64,000 bases of DNA from Balanoglossus misakiensis (lineage: Eukaryota; Animalia; Hemichordata), in contig JBECUI020000043.1 in NCBI GenBank assembly GCA_040954595.2, positions 34,784-98,783 of the forward strand, written 5' to 3'. The number at the start of each line of letters is the position of its first letter. Within the stretch, counting starts at the first letter, position 1. Shown here one piece after another: positions 42,852 through 57,013 of the stretch. The translations under genes and the position numbers were made by a program. The notes under the pieces were generated by a model. The model was given only the letters and a program-made list of their open reading frames with translations, was not told where the DNA came from and made no database searches.

Positions 42852-45800
42852 GGTCATATCTTTGTTATAAGGCACGGCATGTATATGGGATAACTTTTAT
42901 AGGAAATGAAAATATCCCCAATACAGAAGGATTTTGTTAGATACTGATACACGATATCAATCATAAATTTTACAGAAAATATGTTAGTAAAGTAGGTCTT
43001 GATTTCGGGCCCATTTCAGGCGGGAAGAAAAAGATCTTTGTCTGAGATATTTAATAATAAACGATGGCCTGAATATGTCGAACGAATTCTGTAATTTTAT
43101 CAAATTCTAAGATTTTGACAAAGTAACCCGTGAGGAGATTATTCCCAAGCTTGAAGCTGCAAAGATGCCTGGGTACATATTCCACCATCACTAGTAGAAT
43201 AGTGGTGTTCAGGCCCCAATAATTGGAATTGTAGACATTTATAGAATTTATAACTTTACTTTCTTGTCTACTCCCAGAAATGTATGAAAAATAATCTGGT
43301 TTGACAATACAGACTGCATCACAGATTTCTGAAAACAACCAATTTGAAAAACACGGCATGTCTGACCAATAACGGAGAACGGACACACAAACAACAGATG
43401 GACAGACAAACTCAAGTCGTCCATTAAAACTAAGTCAAGAGCACGTGATCACAGCCCATTTAGCGATAGAGGGAGTTGTTTGAAAAGAAATACATGTACT
43501 TGGACAGTCGCGAAATCCAACCTGCACCGGAGCTAATAAAACAGGGTCGGCTTGATCATGAAAAACAAAGAAGTGAAAACTCCCTGATGAATATTGATGA
43601 GCTCAGTTCAGGAGTGGCTCACTATAATATCTTCGCAACTTTGCATTCTCTCTACGGGAGGTTTGTTGGATTATTTGAAAATTGAGCCGAGATTTAGAAG
43701 TAGGAACATAATGTAATTTTGACGTTTTTAACGATGTAAACGGTGACGTCACACTGATGTCACGGAAAGCGCTTAAACCGTAAGTAAGATTAATGGCCGC
43801 CTCAAGCATGGATTGGATATTCTCTTCAATTTGAATTTAGGATTGCTGCGCCAGGAAGATTAATTTTGAGTTGTCTGACATATTCCCCAAATGATACAAA
43901 AACAAAGAAAAAATCCGAGAAAATTTCAAATGTACAAGCTGTTACTAAGGATGTAAGTTCAAAACCAAGCACCCAGCAAAAGTTCGACCCAGTGAAATGT
44001 CTTTTGCGATTTTCTCCTGATGATAGACTTCATTATCGTGAATCTGAATAATTTACGACCATTAAAGTAACGGAGCTGTTCTTTTAGCGCTTAATGCTTA
44101 CTATAAGCCCTGTTTCAAGGTTTTCTGTTGCGCGTTCCCCTTTTCCATTATCGGCCACAGCGTACTGATCTTTGATGAAACAGAGCAAAGAGTCATTTAG
44201 CCCCGGGTTCTGAAGTCTTTACACGCGTCATTTAGAATGGTTGTTGCCACTCTCACTTAGCAGAAAACGAGAAGGTATCAAATGAACATTCGAGAAAAAG
44301 AGGTTACAGGCAGGGAAGTGAATGGGGGCGGGGGGAGGATAATGAACAAGCGCGGTGTTGACTGAGGCACAACGCCGGGCACTGAGAGACACACAAGCGG
44401 GCGCGTATAGGTCATTGCCGTCAGAGAGAAAGTCTTCCCGTTCGGTCGGTCAGTCAGTCAACCGATCCGACAGACAGATAGACAGACACATACGCGCAGA
44501 TATAAGGTCAGAGCAAGGTATATATGAACGGACATCACAAGAGGAGGGATCTAGACAAAACCACCGACAAACAGATGAAAATATCGTCATGGTGGCATTT
44601 TCTCGATCTGCTTCGAAGCGGGTAGGAATTCGCTAGTCGAGTAAAAACCAATTATTGTCCAAGAAAGTTCACTTCGATGGTTTTATTAGATAAGACTTCA
44701 TTTTAATCGTTGATCATATTCTTAGAAATCGCGGGGTATTGGATATTTGTCGGGATCGTGGGGGAAAACACAGGAGGCATTTTTTTTATTAACTTGGCTC
44801 GTGCAGCTAGACGAAAGGCGGTTGAAAGTAAATTGGGATACATACATTATCCCAGACGGAACATCAATCAAAGACTATGTCAATTTCAGACTGATTGGAA
44901 TTGACAGAAATATGAAAACGAACGAGAACGCAATAACGCTAAGTAAACTAAGTCAAATTCCAATTTAAACAGTAGTCATTAAAGAAGTAACTTTGTTACC
45001 TGGACTGGGTTTCCCACAATTCCTTGCTTGAAATAGGCAATTTTTGTCGTCGCACTGAATCAAGAGTAATATTAAAATTGAGTCGTCGTTTATTCACAGC
45101 CTTAATGACTCCAAATGTTCCTGACATCATTGTGCCACTCTCAGTTAAGTGAGTCGGGCTAATTTATTTAATTAAGTTTAGTAGCTTGTCAAGATTACAA
45201 CTGTGTGAAACTCGAGATAGGAATTTTTCTTCTTCAAGGAGAAGTCGCTGGCACGAGTTGGGAGAGACAGAGTGACGCGGCACGGTCGATTTGACAAGCC
45301 CAATTTGACTGGAAATTAGCCACTATCGCTAAGTTTAATGGTGATACGCCGTAATGCGATGCGATGTGCAGTAATCGAATCGCGGAGCCATTCCATGTAA
45401 TGCGCGTTTCATGCTGATTCTGTGCCAATCAAAGATAACAATTACGCCTTGGACCACACGCTGTTTGGGAACCCTTCTCACATGCGCACTCTCAGTGTTA
45501 TCCAGGCGACCATATCCATCTACCAATTTCTGGTTGCACTTACCGAATTTTATTGCCCACATTTTCCGGTAAATTACTGGTGTTTTTTATTAAATCGAAG
45601 TCTAAATGAAGTTATGGGTCAGTTTATTCAAGATTTTACGTGTTTTGTAATGTAATAGTCCAACTCAATAGAAATATTAGCAACGTCGCATCGCCAGTTT
45701 AATAAGATCACGCGGAAAATACTATGTTATTATATACAGTTTGAAAGATAACCGGTTTTTCTATCATTTTCTATAAAACATTACTTCCGACATTTTCATT

Positions 45801-48800
45801 TCTATTGCTTTTCCTCGATACGGAACTCGATTTTGACAAATATATAACGCACTTACCGTCTCAGAGACAAAACAATAATTGGTAAAATTTTATCGGCGCA
45901 TGGAAATACTGATTTCTAATAATACTGTTCCCTTGACTGCACCTTTATTGACTGATTTCTAATGGAAAGGATATATAGTCTGCACACAACGAATTTTAAT
46001 ATAAATTTGAATTATCTTCTAAATTCATGATACAGGCGTATAAATCAGAAGAAATATTTGCTACATGAAAAACGGCGACAAAGTCTTGATGTGATCGAAT
46101 GCAGTCTATTAATCCATGTAATCTCTGACCAATCAAATAAGGATATTACTTCTCACTTTCCTTTCGCAATGTATTTTTTTATACTTCCAATTTTGTGGCG
46201 ATTGTTGTAACGCTTCTTGACTCACCGGGGACTTGAACGCGGCGGATTTGACTTTATACCCTGTGACAAATTATCGTGCCAACTTGTGTTGAGCCGTCTT
46301 GACAGCCAATTTTATCAGCATCTTACAGGATGCATCGGCATACTTGACGAAGAGTAGGTTGAAGAGACTTTCTTTAGGTTTTATGTTTTCCTTCGATCTT
46401 CGCTGATTACTGAGTGGCTCTCACCAAGAACAATAGACTCATTACACGGCGTAATTGACTGTTGTGTGTCAGATAGCCACTACACGATCGCATTAGTTTT
46501 CCTCCTTCAAACAACACTTCTCTAACTAGATACACACGGCATTCAACCGGTTTCTCATGTCATGCCGTCGGTGGCTTAAATTGTAACTGTGTCGTGTCGT
46601 TGCCGGCCGGGCTGTGTCACGCCGTGAAACATCACCTTCCGTTCTGTGTTATCAAGTTCTGTTGTGTTCTGCATTGCTTAAGCTGTTGCTGTTTGCAAAT
46701 CGTGTCTAATGTGATTCTGGGTGTTGGCAAAGGCCACTATTCTTTGGGGTTAGTATGGGTGGAAAGCATAGCTGGATTATGGAGTTTCGTGACGTAGGCC
46801 CTAAATAGTCGTTATGTAAATGACGTAAAACGCCAACCTGTAATCTAACATCCTGCTGTGGTTCACGTGAAGTTATGCAAATTATATAAAACTATTAACC
46901 AATCACAAGGAGCTTGGTTTTTCTTGCTCTAAGTTTCTTAGCCTCCAAAATGTCTGACTTAGACAGCACAGAAAACCAGTTTCGACAAACCAACGCACAT
47001 TATGTACTACATAACAAAATCGTCATCAACTCAACAGCCAACATTCCCAAGTTTAGGCCTGGGGTTCATAATTGGACACACAGTGTTCTAGCGTGAAAAT
47101 ATTCTTCCCTATCCATTTTAGCGCAAGAAGGGAGTCATTTTTGCACATGGATAATGTACCACTTTTCTTGATGCAGTCATGTAACACACAGCTAAGGTAG
47201 CAACACACGTTACTAAGTTTACACGGCAAAGTCGAGGCGCAGATGTGCGCGCGTTAACGACGAACGCCACTCTCGAAGTCTTGTGAATGAGAAAGTGAAA
47301 TTCGATACTGACCGAGCATACAAGACAGAATACCGAACAGGAAAAGCCGTAAATATTATATCTATTCGTATTGTACAAACAAACAATATACAATTACAGA
47401 AGAGTATAATTTAACGTCCCTGGGTTCACTACCGGAGGTAGTAAGCAGTTTCGCTTGCCACGTGATCCCATCAGAGACGGAGACTTGGCAACCGTGATCT
47501 TTCCGGCCTGTCAGCCATATTGTATGTGTGTTGTCCTTTTGGGCATTTCTATGGCTCGCCATGATATTTGATATCAATGTCGGAACATGGAGTTCTTCTG
47601 CCAGGCGCTTTGATGGGTAAATATGCTAGAGGCAACTAAAAGATTGTCTGGTTCTTTGCACGATCCTTTAAGAAGTCAGTCGCCACAAGAGTGTGCCCTC
47701 AACGGTGAGTGTCCCCCGTACAGTTATATGTTCATTATTTCTTTTGCATTACGTAACGCAATTAATCCCAATGAAAATAAATACCATAACTGTTGTTAAT
47801 TAACCATTATAAAGCGCGCGCACGCCTTTATCCGTGTCATCACCGTGACTAGTCTTTCATTACAAATTCTTTATCAATGGCCGGGCGCTGTGATGTCAGC
47901 GGGTAGCAGCGACTTCTGCATTATTTAATAGGTGCTTTGATTGAGTATTGCGGCCTAAATTATACGTTCCACGGGGAATAGTTTTTCCATACAAATAATA
48001 AAGATGTTTGATGGAAATTGACGAAGGTAAGAAATCACGTTCGGTCTAGATCGTTAGCTGTGTACTCAGTCATGGAGGTCGTTAGAGAGCCCATTAGACA
48101 ACAATTCCCGCTCATTAGCACACTTCTTAACAAACCAACAAAATTATTCTCGCATTTCCAATTTGCCAAATTTTGCGAATTTGATGAAATCGAAACAAAC
48201 GCAGGAGAGTTCGCTAATGACATAAACACCGAAGCAGCACTGTTGCTGAATTTCTGTTAGGTTTTTTCCCGTCCGAATTTCTGGGTGTTTTCTAAACCTT
48301 CTTACACGACTGCAGTGTGAATAGTACAGCTAATGAGTAGAACGTTGATTTTGCGTCCTCGTATCAGTTCATTAAATTTTGCTTCAATATAACAAGCCGC
48401 TAAAAATGTCCGGACAATGCCTCGTTACTGGCAAGAAGAGATTAATTAGGCCCGGTTTATCATACTATCTCCAGGAGCGACAGGTCGGGGGAGAATTCAC
48501 CATAATCTGGACTCAAAACAACTGTTATTGTTCAGAGCAGCGTGAGCTAATTACAACTAGTCAGCCTTCATTGTTCGCAAACAACTTGTCCAATGTTTAT
48601 GACCATTGCTGGTCCCCCCTAATTACTCGTCTTTCAAAATTCCCATTCATATCTATGAAACACTTAACGTGGAGGAGTTCACAATTCACTACAAATCTCA
48701 TTTTCTGTTTCGCATGTTGGATCTCACTCTGTTTTCACGGGTGCTTGTTCCCTTTCTATAATGCCCGGCAGGTACTCATAGCTCTACCCCGTAACATCCT

Positions 48801-50035
48801 TCGCTTCGTTATTCATAGCTATTACCCTTCAAGTTTTTTTAAGCTCGATAATTGCGTTGTGCGAGCGTAACGACTTCTCATTTTGCCGCTGGAACAATTA
48901 GAATTGATTGCGAATCTTAACGAACTACGTGGAGAATCGGGTAGATTCCCTATTAGCAGATGGAGGAGAACGCCTCCTCCCGACGCGGCGTTCTACCCTC
49001 CCCCCCCCCCAAAGAAACAACAGCGCGTTGCCGCTCGCGATCGTGCCGCGGCTACTTCGACAGACGGAGAGCGATCGGCTGACAACCGCGCCTGTGTGAT
49101 TTTTTGAGGTTTAAAATTACATGATTAAGAAAGGGGGCATGGACGAACAAAATGCAGAATCGTCCCGGTAGACACGTAGAGGTCAGAGGTCACCCGGCGT
49201 AGATGATAACGAAGCCAATAAGGATGGCAATAACCAAAATTATGAAGACAAACCAAAGGAGATAATTTTCAAAGAAGATGACCCAGCATAGACTATAAAG
49301 TCATCTCCAAATCTGCAGTTTAAGACGTATTAGTGAAATGAAGTTAATTTGGGTTTGTTAAAGTATTACCTTGAGCTGATAACGTGATATCTACATTTAA
49401 ATTAAGTCTTTTCGATTTTGCCGGGCATGGAAAATAACTACGGTGACGATAACACTGTTTTTGCTGAGCCGATCGTGTGATTTTTCGGTTAAAATTCACG
49501 CGCCAAACGAAGTCGTGAAGCTAGAGCTATTCCTGAGGAATGACAGCCCCCGTGGCACGATGACCTCTGCTCGAGCGACTGTTTCATGAGCGTGTTCTCT
49601 GATGAAGTAGTCGAGCAGAACTAAAAAAATAACCACATGAGATAAAAAAGTGACTGTACCTGTCGTCGATGATCCGAGCTCCGAAACCAGTCCGTCCATT
49701 CTTGCCCAGAGTTTGTCTTGTATTAAAATGCCGCTTACTACGGGTCTACAGATCTGATGTGAATGAAAATAGAAAAACGTTGACTACACGTGTTTTCAGT
49801 TGCATCCACTTCGTTAGTGGGCTTTGCCGGCTCTGCCCTGCCACTAATTTGCCTTCATTAAAGTAAATTGGACGATCCCATTTATGTCAAAGGGAGAGGT
49901 TACATCAGCAAAACCCTGTTTCACTTTTTATACGATGTTCGCATAGCGATAAACATTTTCGGTTGTTCGAATACGTTTACTTTGATGCGTTATTTCTTGC
50001 TTGAACTGAGATGTTATCATTGCTATTGTAAATTA

Positions 50036-50072
50036 GATGATGATGATGATGAGGAGGAGGAGGAGGAGGAGG
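50036..50072. repeat. (GAT)n(GAG)n trinucleotide microsatellite
   Basis: gatgatgatgatgat-gaggaggaggaggaggaggagg. Confidence 0.85.
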
Positions 50073-51954
50073 ACAGACAGACAGAGATGCAGCGAGAGAG
50101 AACGTTGCGCACAATCTCTTCTTTCTATCTGTGGTTGTTGGGAAGAGAAATCTCAGTTCAAGCTTCTGTTGTAATGAACAGTGATTGGGTTCCACTGAAA
50201 ATGACGAGGGGGCGACATTGAAAGATGGGTAGAGAACGAAACGGGAGCAGAGGGATACGGCATGATAAACGGGGCATCATGTTGGCTGTCGTCTTGCCAA
50301 CGTTAACGCTAAGCGGGCGACACTGGCTTACGTTTGCGTATTGGAGATCATCGTGTAGGTTTAGTTTTGGTATGGGGTTTATGTTGTTGGTGCAACGTCA
50401 GATTTTTAGTCAGAAAACCACAGGCAGAGTTCAGGAGATTCTTGTAACAGGCCCTGACTGAGAAATAACATTTATTACAGGGTCTGTAAAATTAGACTGA
50501 TTTCAGGGCTGTATGTAGAGAGGCCTGAATCAAGCTTCAATAAGAACAATGTCTTATTGAGACTCACGGGGTCGTTGTTTCTCATGCACACGAGTTTTTT
50601 GGAGGGCTTCCTCCTCCACCCTATCCTGCAATTTCTAGCCAGACCTTTTTTTCCTGAGAGAAAGATTGTCGGGATTGTCAAGTGATTGTTGACAGGATGC
50701 GTGCAGCACTAACGAGTTTTCGTCAAGTGGATGGGATCATTAACACATCGGAGTCACGTGTCTTTCATTTTCCTTGACCATATGCTTTGTAGATATTTCC
50801 TTGTACATGTGAGATCACGTGTCCTTTCTAGGTTCTGGAACACCTACAATTTACTAAGGTTGCAATTGGATTTAAATTCTTTATATCAAAACATGCATTC
50901 CCTTTCAGGTTCTCCTGACAGGCCACGTGTAAGCATATGCCGACATCTAGCCAAACGTTTTTTTTCACGTGGGGTCACATATTGGCAGTCTCTCTAAATG
51001 CGCTTCTTTTAGACTAATTTGTACGACGAAGCGTTCTTCTTGGTTTTCGAAATAACTTGATGCACACTTTAAGTAGGGGTTTATTTTTTCTGAAACTTTT
51101 CTATCGTAATAGACTGTATAGAACGAAGAACGACGAAGAATAGGACTTAACTGTAAGCCGCTCAAAGTACTGTATTCTGATAGACTCGATGGGTCTTAAT
51201 GAGACACAGGACTGCATTCTATATGTTCTAAGTCCTTTTACTCGGTGCTTTCCTCGGCCAAAGTTTCCCTTTTTTCTCCTGTCGGATGGTCAATTAGCAC
51301 TCCTCGAGTACAATCAATATCCAAGGTGAGCAAACACAGAGTAGCGGGATGTATTGTTCCAATTGTGTCTTTCGGTGTTCAGTTACTTTCAAGTGGTCAA
51401 TGCCTTCACATATATCTATTGGAAGCCATGGCTCTGTTTTAAAGACCCTATTAACCCAGTTTCTTAATTGACAATTGTCATGGTATGTTGTGGTTTCCTA
51501 TTATGGCCAGATAATGACCAGATAGCGGGTAATTGTATATTTACATGACAGTAGACCCGGGTCAATGTGTAAGCACGGCCCCTCCACACAAGAGGGGCCA
51601 TGGTGTAAGGTTATAGTTGGCAGTGCTTGGTACCCATCTCTCTTAATTTTACTTGACAAAAAAGTATTTTTTTCCGTATACATCCGCCTCGTTAACACCG
51701 ACAAGAATCAAGTGTCACGTAACTCGATTCAAGTCGACATTGACTTGAATCGCGTTACTTGAGACTGACTCTAGTCCGGATTTAATCTTTCACTAATATC
51801 ATCATATTTCGTCACTCGTAATTCTGCTACTGCTAATGAGGGGATTTGCTATTAGATGTTGTCTTCTTCACCGCCACTCACTTTGACTATCTGTCTGTCT
51901 CTCCCGCCGACAGTTTCCTCCCTTCGATAAGCTTTTCTGTTGTCTGCTTTTGAC

Positions 51955-52016
51955 TGTGTGTGTGTGTGTGTGTCCGTGCGTGCCTGTCGTCATGTGTGTG
52001 TGTGTGTGTGTGTGTG
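51955..52016. repeat. (TG)n microsatellite, interrupted
   Basis: Two tg runs. Confidence 0.85.
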
Positions 52017-54388
52017 TCAGGCGTGGCTTTCTTTCTATCTTTAGCACATGGTCATTGGCTAGTCACGTGTATTTGTCATTACCCTCCCCAGCTGGATAAG
52101 AAGCCCCGTATGTCGTATCATGGGGCATATCCGAACACATTGTATACACGTGTGTATGTACACATGTATATCCACGATTTCATTTCTGCCGACTGAAAGG
52201 TTTCATTGGAAATGGAACCATTTTTACACATATTCGAAATAGACGTATGACGTCGTATTTCGCACTGGTATTGTAAGATCGGCAGTGTGAGATCAATATT
52301 GTTTCACTCATATAAATTAACAAATCCATCTGAATTACTCGAATGCAAGAAAGTTTACTTTTGTAATACAACCTCGCCCGCTGAGTTCTCCATGCATGCT
52401 TGCAGAGACAACTCAGAATGGCGAAGAGTGATAACGCCCTCGGCGTCGAAACTTTCGATTCGGGCACGACGTTTTTACCCAGTACCGTGGCCGTGAATGC
52501 GTACCGTGGCCGTGGCTTTGCATTTAATTCACATTCAGATGTACAAGACTATACCCTGTGTTCGTGTTGGATTGGATTTGAATCATTCAAATTACAGCGA
52601 AGTTAGTTGGTGTTTTTGTCCACCATATCAAGCTGAATCGTTGGTTCTTACACCAGTATCTTTGATGACGTCAAAGATCTCACGTCAGAGTCTTCCAAGA
52701 AGCACAGGTTGGGTCAGAGGTCAATGACCCGTCTTCATCATGTTGACAGATGATGAATGGACCAAGCGGAAGATCAGGCTTTCAAGTTTCCTTGAAACCC
52801 ACGTTGTTTACTCGATTAAAAGTTAGAAAAACAAGAGAAAAACATGCTTACAGTTGTTATGAAGGGTTGAGGTTGAGCTATATGACAATGTAGCTGCAGT
52901 TCAGTAACTCGAGGTTTTGCCTGATTTTGCCGTCTTACACACAAACCAAGGCAAAAACCTCGAGCTACTGAACTGCATCTCTTAGTCAATAGTGCAATAT
53001 CCAAGATTTTTACTTGTTACCTCCAGTTTTTTTAATCGAAATACAATTCTTACTGCTCGCTGATGTGTTCCACGCGTGACTGACCCAAATATCTCCCATC
53101 CACCCTCCTGTTACTAATAACTACAAGCTCACTAAATCACCAAGGCTGTCGGCTTTTAACCCTCCAGTGACGGCAACTTCCTTCGAACTCCTTTAACCCA
53201 CAACCTTGGAGGATTTACTTTTTGTGTTGACCTATCTGGGAATCGCCCTTGACTCTTCTAACCCATAACCTGTCACTTTTCAAGTCCTAAAGTTGGAAGG
53301 TTTGTTTGAAAACAGTAGAACAAGACCGTAATAACCACTATCAGCATTCTAAAACCCACCATTAATGTCCTCGAACTCTGCGACCTTAAACCTGTCAAAG
53401 GTTGCTATGAAAGATGCATATGTGTCGTTCGAAAATAGACGATGGTTTATAATGTACAAGTGCAAATTTAAAGAAGGCATTTAATTATACTGGATTACAC
53501 TGCCTTTGCAGATGTCGAGTTTCCCAACTACTTCAGATACTTCATTCCGTCTGTGATAATTTCGTGGACAACGTTTGATTTGGTGACGTCGTACCTCAAC
53601 AGAAAATTCCCAGAAAGACAAAAGTTTTACGCGTACTTCGCAGATTTCGGCCTTATCATCAAACCATTCGTCGGACAGGTGTAATTTTGTGACGTAAGGA
53701 TTACGTAATTTTTTTATCGGCTGTCGCATCACCGAATTATATATTTTAAACTAATGGTGATTTGAAAAAGTTTCAACGTTTATTAGATTACACAAAATAT
53801 GTTCACGTTCTTTTGATATCGACTTTAAAAGTTGCCAATCGGGCATCCATTGTACCAAAAATACATTCGGCCATAAATACATAAAGTTCTTCAAAATGGC
53901 GCCATGTTTGCTGTCGTCTGTGTGGCTAATCTTATTGATATTGGGCTAAGAGACTGACAAGGTTATCAAGATAGAAGATATGAGACGAAAAACAACCACC
54001 TCGACTCTGAAACAATGAAGTCCCTCACTTTGAAAAATCATACGGGCTGAACCATTACAAATAGGGGCAGCAATTGGATATTTCTAGTGGTAACAAGCTC
54101 CAGTTAGCCTCACATGCATGTACACTAGGTGTAAGAACTGCCGCAGTACTCGTATCCAATATAGAGGTTTGCTTTATGTAGAATGCGACTGATCATATAG
54201 GCCAAAAGGTCCCCTTCCCTGGGAAACAATAGAATATTCCGCTAGTGTTTAAATCACACCCAAAGATCACAGCGTCGAGTGGAGTTCAATCGGCTGATGT
54301 CACCACACTAAAGTTTCTTTGATACTACATTAGACTGCATCGGGCAAAACAACATCACTGCGCATTGGTCGTGTTTTGTCGTTTTACA

Positions 54389-57013
54389 ATGAAACTTCTA
54401 CGGACAGTACTTGTTCTAAGTTGCATCTCAGTGGTGCTAGCAAGACCATCAAAGGATCAAAGAAATAGGGCATGTCTTGTCGACGAAATCCAAGTGCAGG
54501 AGAACTTTGATGTTGAACAGGTATGGCACAAGTTACTTCAACTTTTCAATGTTTTTATCACTGTGGCAATTACTCTAGGAACTTTGCAAAGTTTTATCAC
54601 GAAAACAATGGCTATTGGTCCACTAAAGGGAATTATGGGAACTCTGTTTTAAGTGAGGTTCCATTACCCACAGTCCCTCCACTGTTGCGACAAGACATAG
54701 TCAACTCAATCGGTGAGGTCCCCATTCAACTCAATCGTCCCCGTCTGACCTGCAGCTGTAAACGTGAAATGACGTGGATATCGTCCGATTGAATATCCCA
54801 TCCATCAAGAGATTCTTGCATGCAAACTGGCACTACCAGGCAGAAGTTTACTGGTCGCAACAACCATATAATATATCGGTCAAGACCTATTGGCTTTCGC
54901 GATAGCGGTGTGCTGATTTCACGAAACCACTTTTTGTGACGAAATGGAGCACTTTTTAAAGTTTTCGAGAATGGTTGACAACTTATGTCAAGAAAAAAGA
55001 GCATCATCATCATCATCATCATCGTCATCATCAGAAAGCCAGTCCCCTAACCCGTGAACGGAGCAAAAGAAGGTTAATTTTTGCAATTCTGTCCAGGCTA
55101 TCAGAACAGTTACGTCGGGTCGAGAGCACCAACATTTAGAAATTCACCGAAAATTATTTCTAAGACCGGACATAGCTATCAATCGTTTTATATTATTTCA
55201 TGATTTGTTGTAAACAAGATAACGTCACGAAACACCATCGAGTCAGAGGTCAAGAGGGATTTCCGTCCACCTTTACTGTACTATCTAAAGATGACATCTT
55301 TAAAAAACACATTTTTCACACCTCATGATAACTTATGTCAGAGAGGTTTCTGCAATTATCATGTCTATAATTCACTTTTTGACCATATTATATAGTCATG
55401 AAGTACACAACAGTGAATTAAAACGAACCTGCTGTAAAGAGGTCGTAGTTTACGATGATTTGAAAAGTGGCCAGTTTGTGAATTGTATAGGTGCCTGGTT
55501 GAGAGGCGATTTCAATGGACATGCAATAATTCGCTCGTAATGATGTATGGCTCCGATTGGCCTTTGAACTTCATATCGATTTTTCAGGACGGAAATAGGA
55601 TACCGACATTGTTTCGTTGACTGGTAGTCTAAATACCAATGACTGAAATACGTACAATTGTTTGGTTGAAATAAATCACATCATGCCATGTTTTATCTCT
55701 ACTGATTATCGATCTGCTTGTGTTACAATGATTTGTCATGTCGTGAATTGTGTATAAAGTAGGTTAAGTCTGCCATCGGTCAACCGTCTAATAAGTTATC
55801 GGTGATGACAAAGTCTCCGTCTGTCAAGTAATATGGTACAAGAATGGGGATTTCGACTGGGTCCACTTTTCACTCGATTTACCCAAATGTGTCATGAATC
55901 GTACAAGCACTTTGAGTCGTCCATATGGCTTTGAGGGAGATTTTTCCCTTTAACCTGTACATTGGCACTTTTTATTGCAGTATATGGGGGAATGGCACGA
56001 GGTCCGTCGCCGACAATCTGTTGACATTCTGCCCGACAAACAGATGTCAGAATACCACCTGCAGGAAAATGGTCATATCGGAATGGGAATTCGGGGAGTG
56101 AGCATGTAAGTTGGTTTGTCGCTCATTAATTAAATCCAATGTTTCTTTACTTTGGTATGATTTTCCCTTACAATAATGAAAACTGTATTCTCTTCTTTAA
56201 GGGGCGAAACATGTCTGGGAAATGATGATAGATTCAGATTTCTGGGAATACCTGGAACTGACAACCCTGCCAAAATGGTCGTCAGGATGTTACCTCCGAG
56301 TTCAGGGCGCCCTCCACAGGGACAGAGACCACCACATCCACCACAAGGGCAAAGACCACCAGGGGGAAACCGTCCACCAGGACAGAGACCACCAGGCCAC
56401 CCACCATCGCATGCAAGGCCCAATATGGAAAACATGATGCCAGTGGACCAAGAAGGTAAAGGGTGCTGGACCCCCTGCATGGCTTTCATTCTTTATTATT
56501 TTAGATCTATGTAAGGAAACTTGATAAGAAAACTTTATCAGTCATCATCCTTCATCTCGCTAGCAAGATGAAACGAGAGGTTGCAATGTTTGACTAACTC
56601 TTTCGCTCAACTGTATTTCAAACAGGAAGCTATTGGGTGTTGAGTACAGACTACAACAGTTACTCCGTGGTATACAGCTGTAACGAAATCACGGATGACG
56701 GCACCTGTAGCAACGACCACACGATGGTATGGATTCTCAGCCGTACAGCACAGTTGCCAGATGACGTCACGGACGTCATCGATGACGTCATAAGCTCAGT
56801 GTGCCTCGACCCCGCGGAAGTCAACATCATTCCTAAGGGTGAGTGAACTTTTTTTCCTACGTTGCAATGAGTTTGTAGTTGGCAAGATAAAATAAACTAC
56901 TGTCCAAATTTCATGATTTTTGTAGACTCATATTATCCAAATTATGGTAACCATATCTTGTGATTTTTTTTACTGAAAACGGATATTGTATTCCAAACAA
57001 ATTTGCAGACTGC
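54389..57013 (+). CDS. Signal peptide + lipocalin domain 1 (RBP4-like, with Pro-rich insertion)
   Basis: [16 protein letters not shown]|YMGEWHEV (SCR1 GxW); TDNPAKMVV; [26 protein letters not shown] (SCR2 TDY); VWILSR (SCR3); VCLDP...DC. Confidence 0.92.

Noticed and set aside
48379-49107. 163-aa ORF and neighbouring ORFs
   Set aside because: Non-ATG starts, random composition, no domain or splice support.
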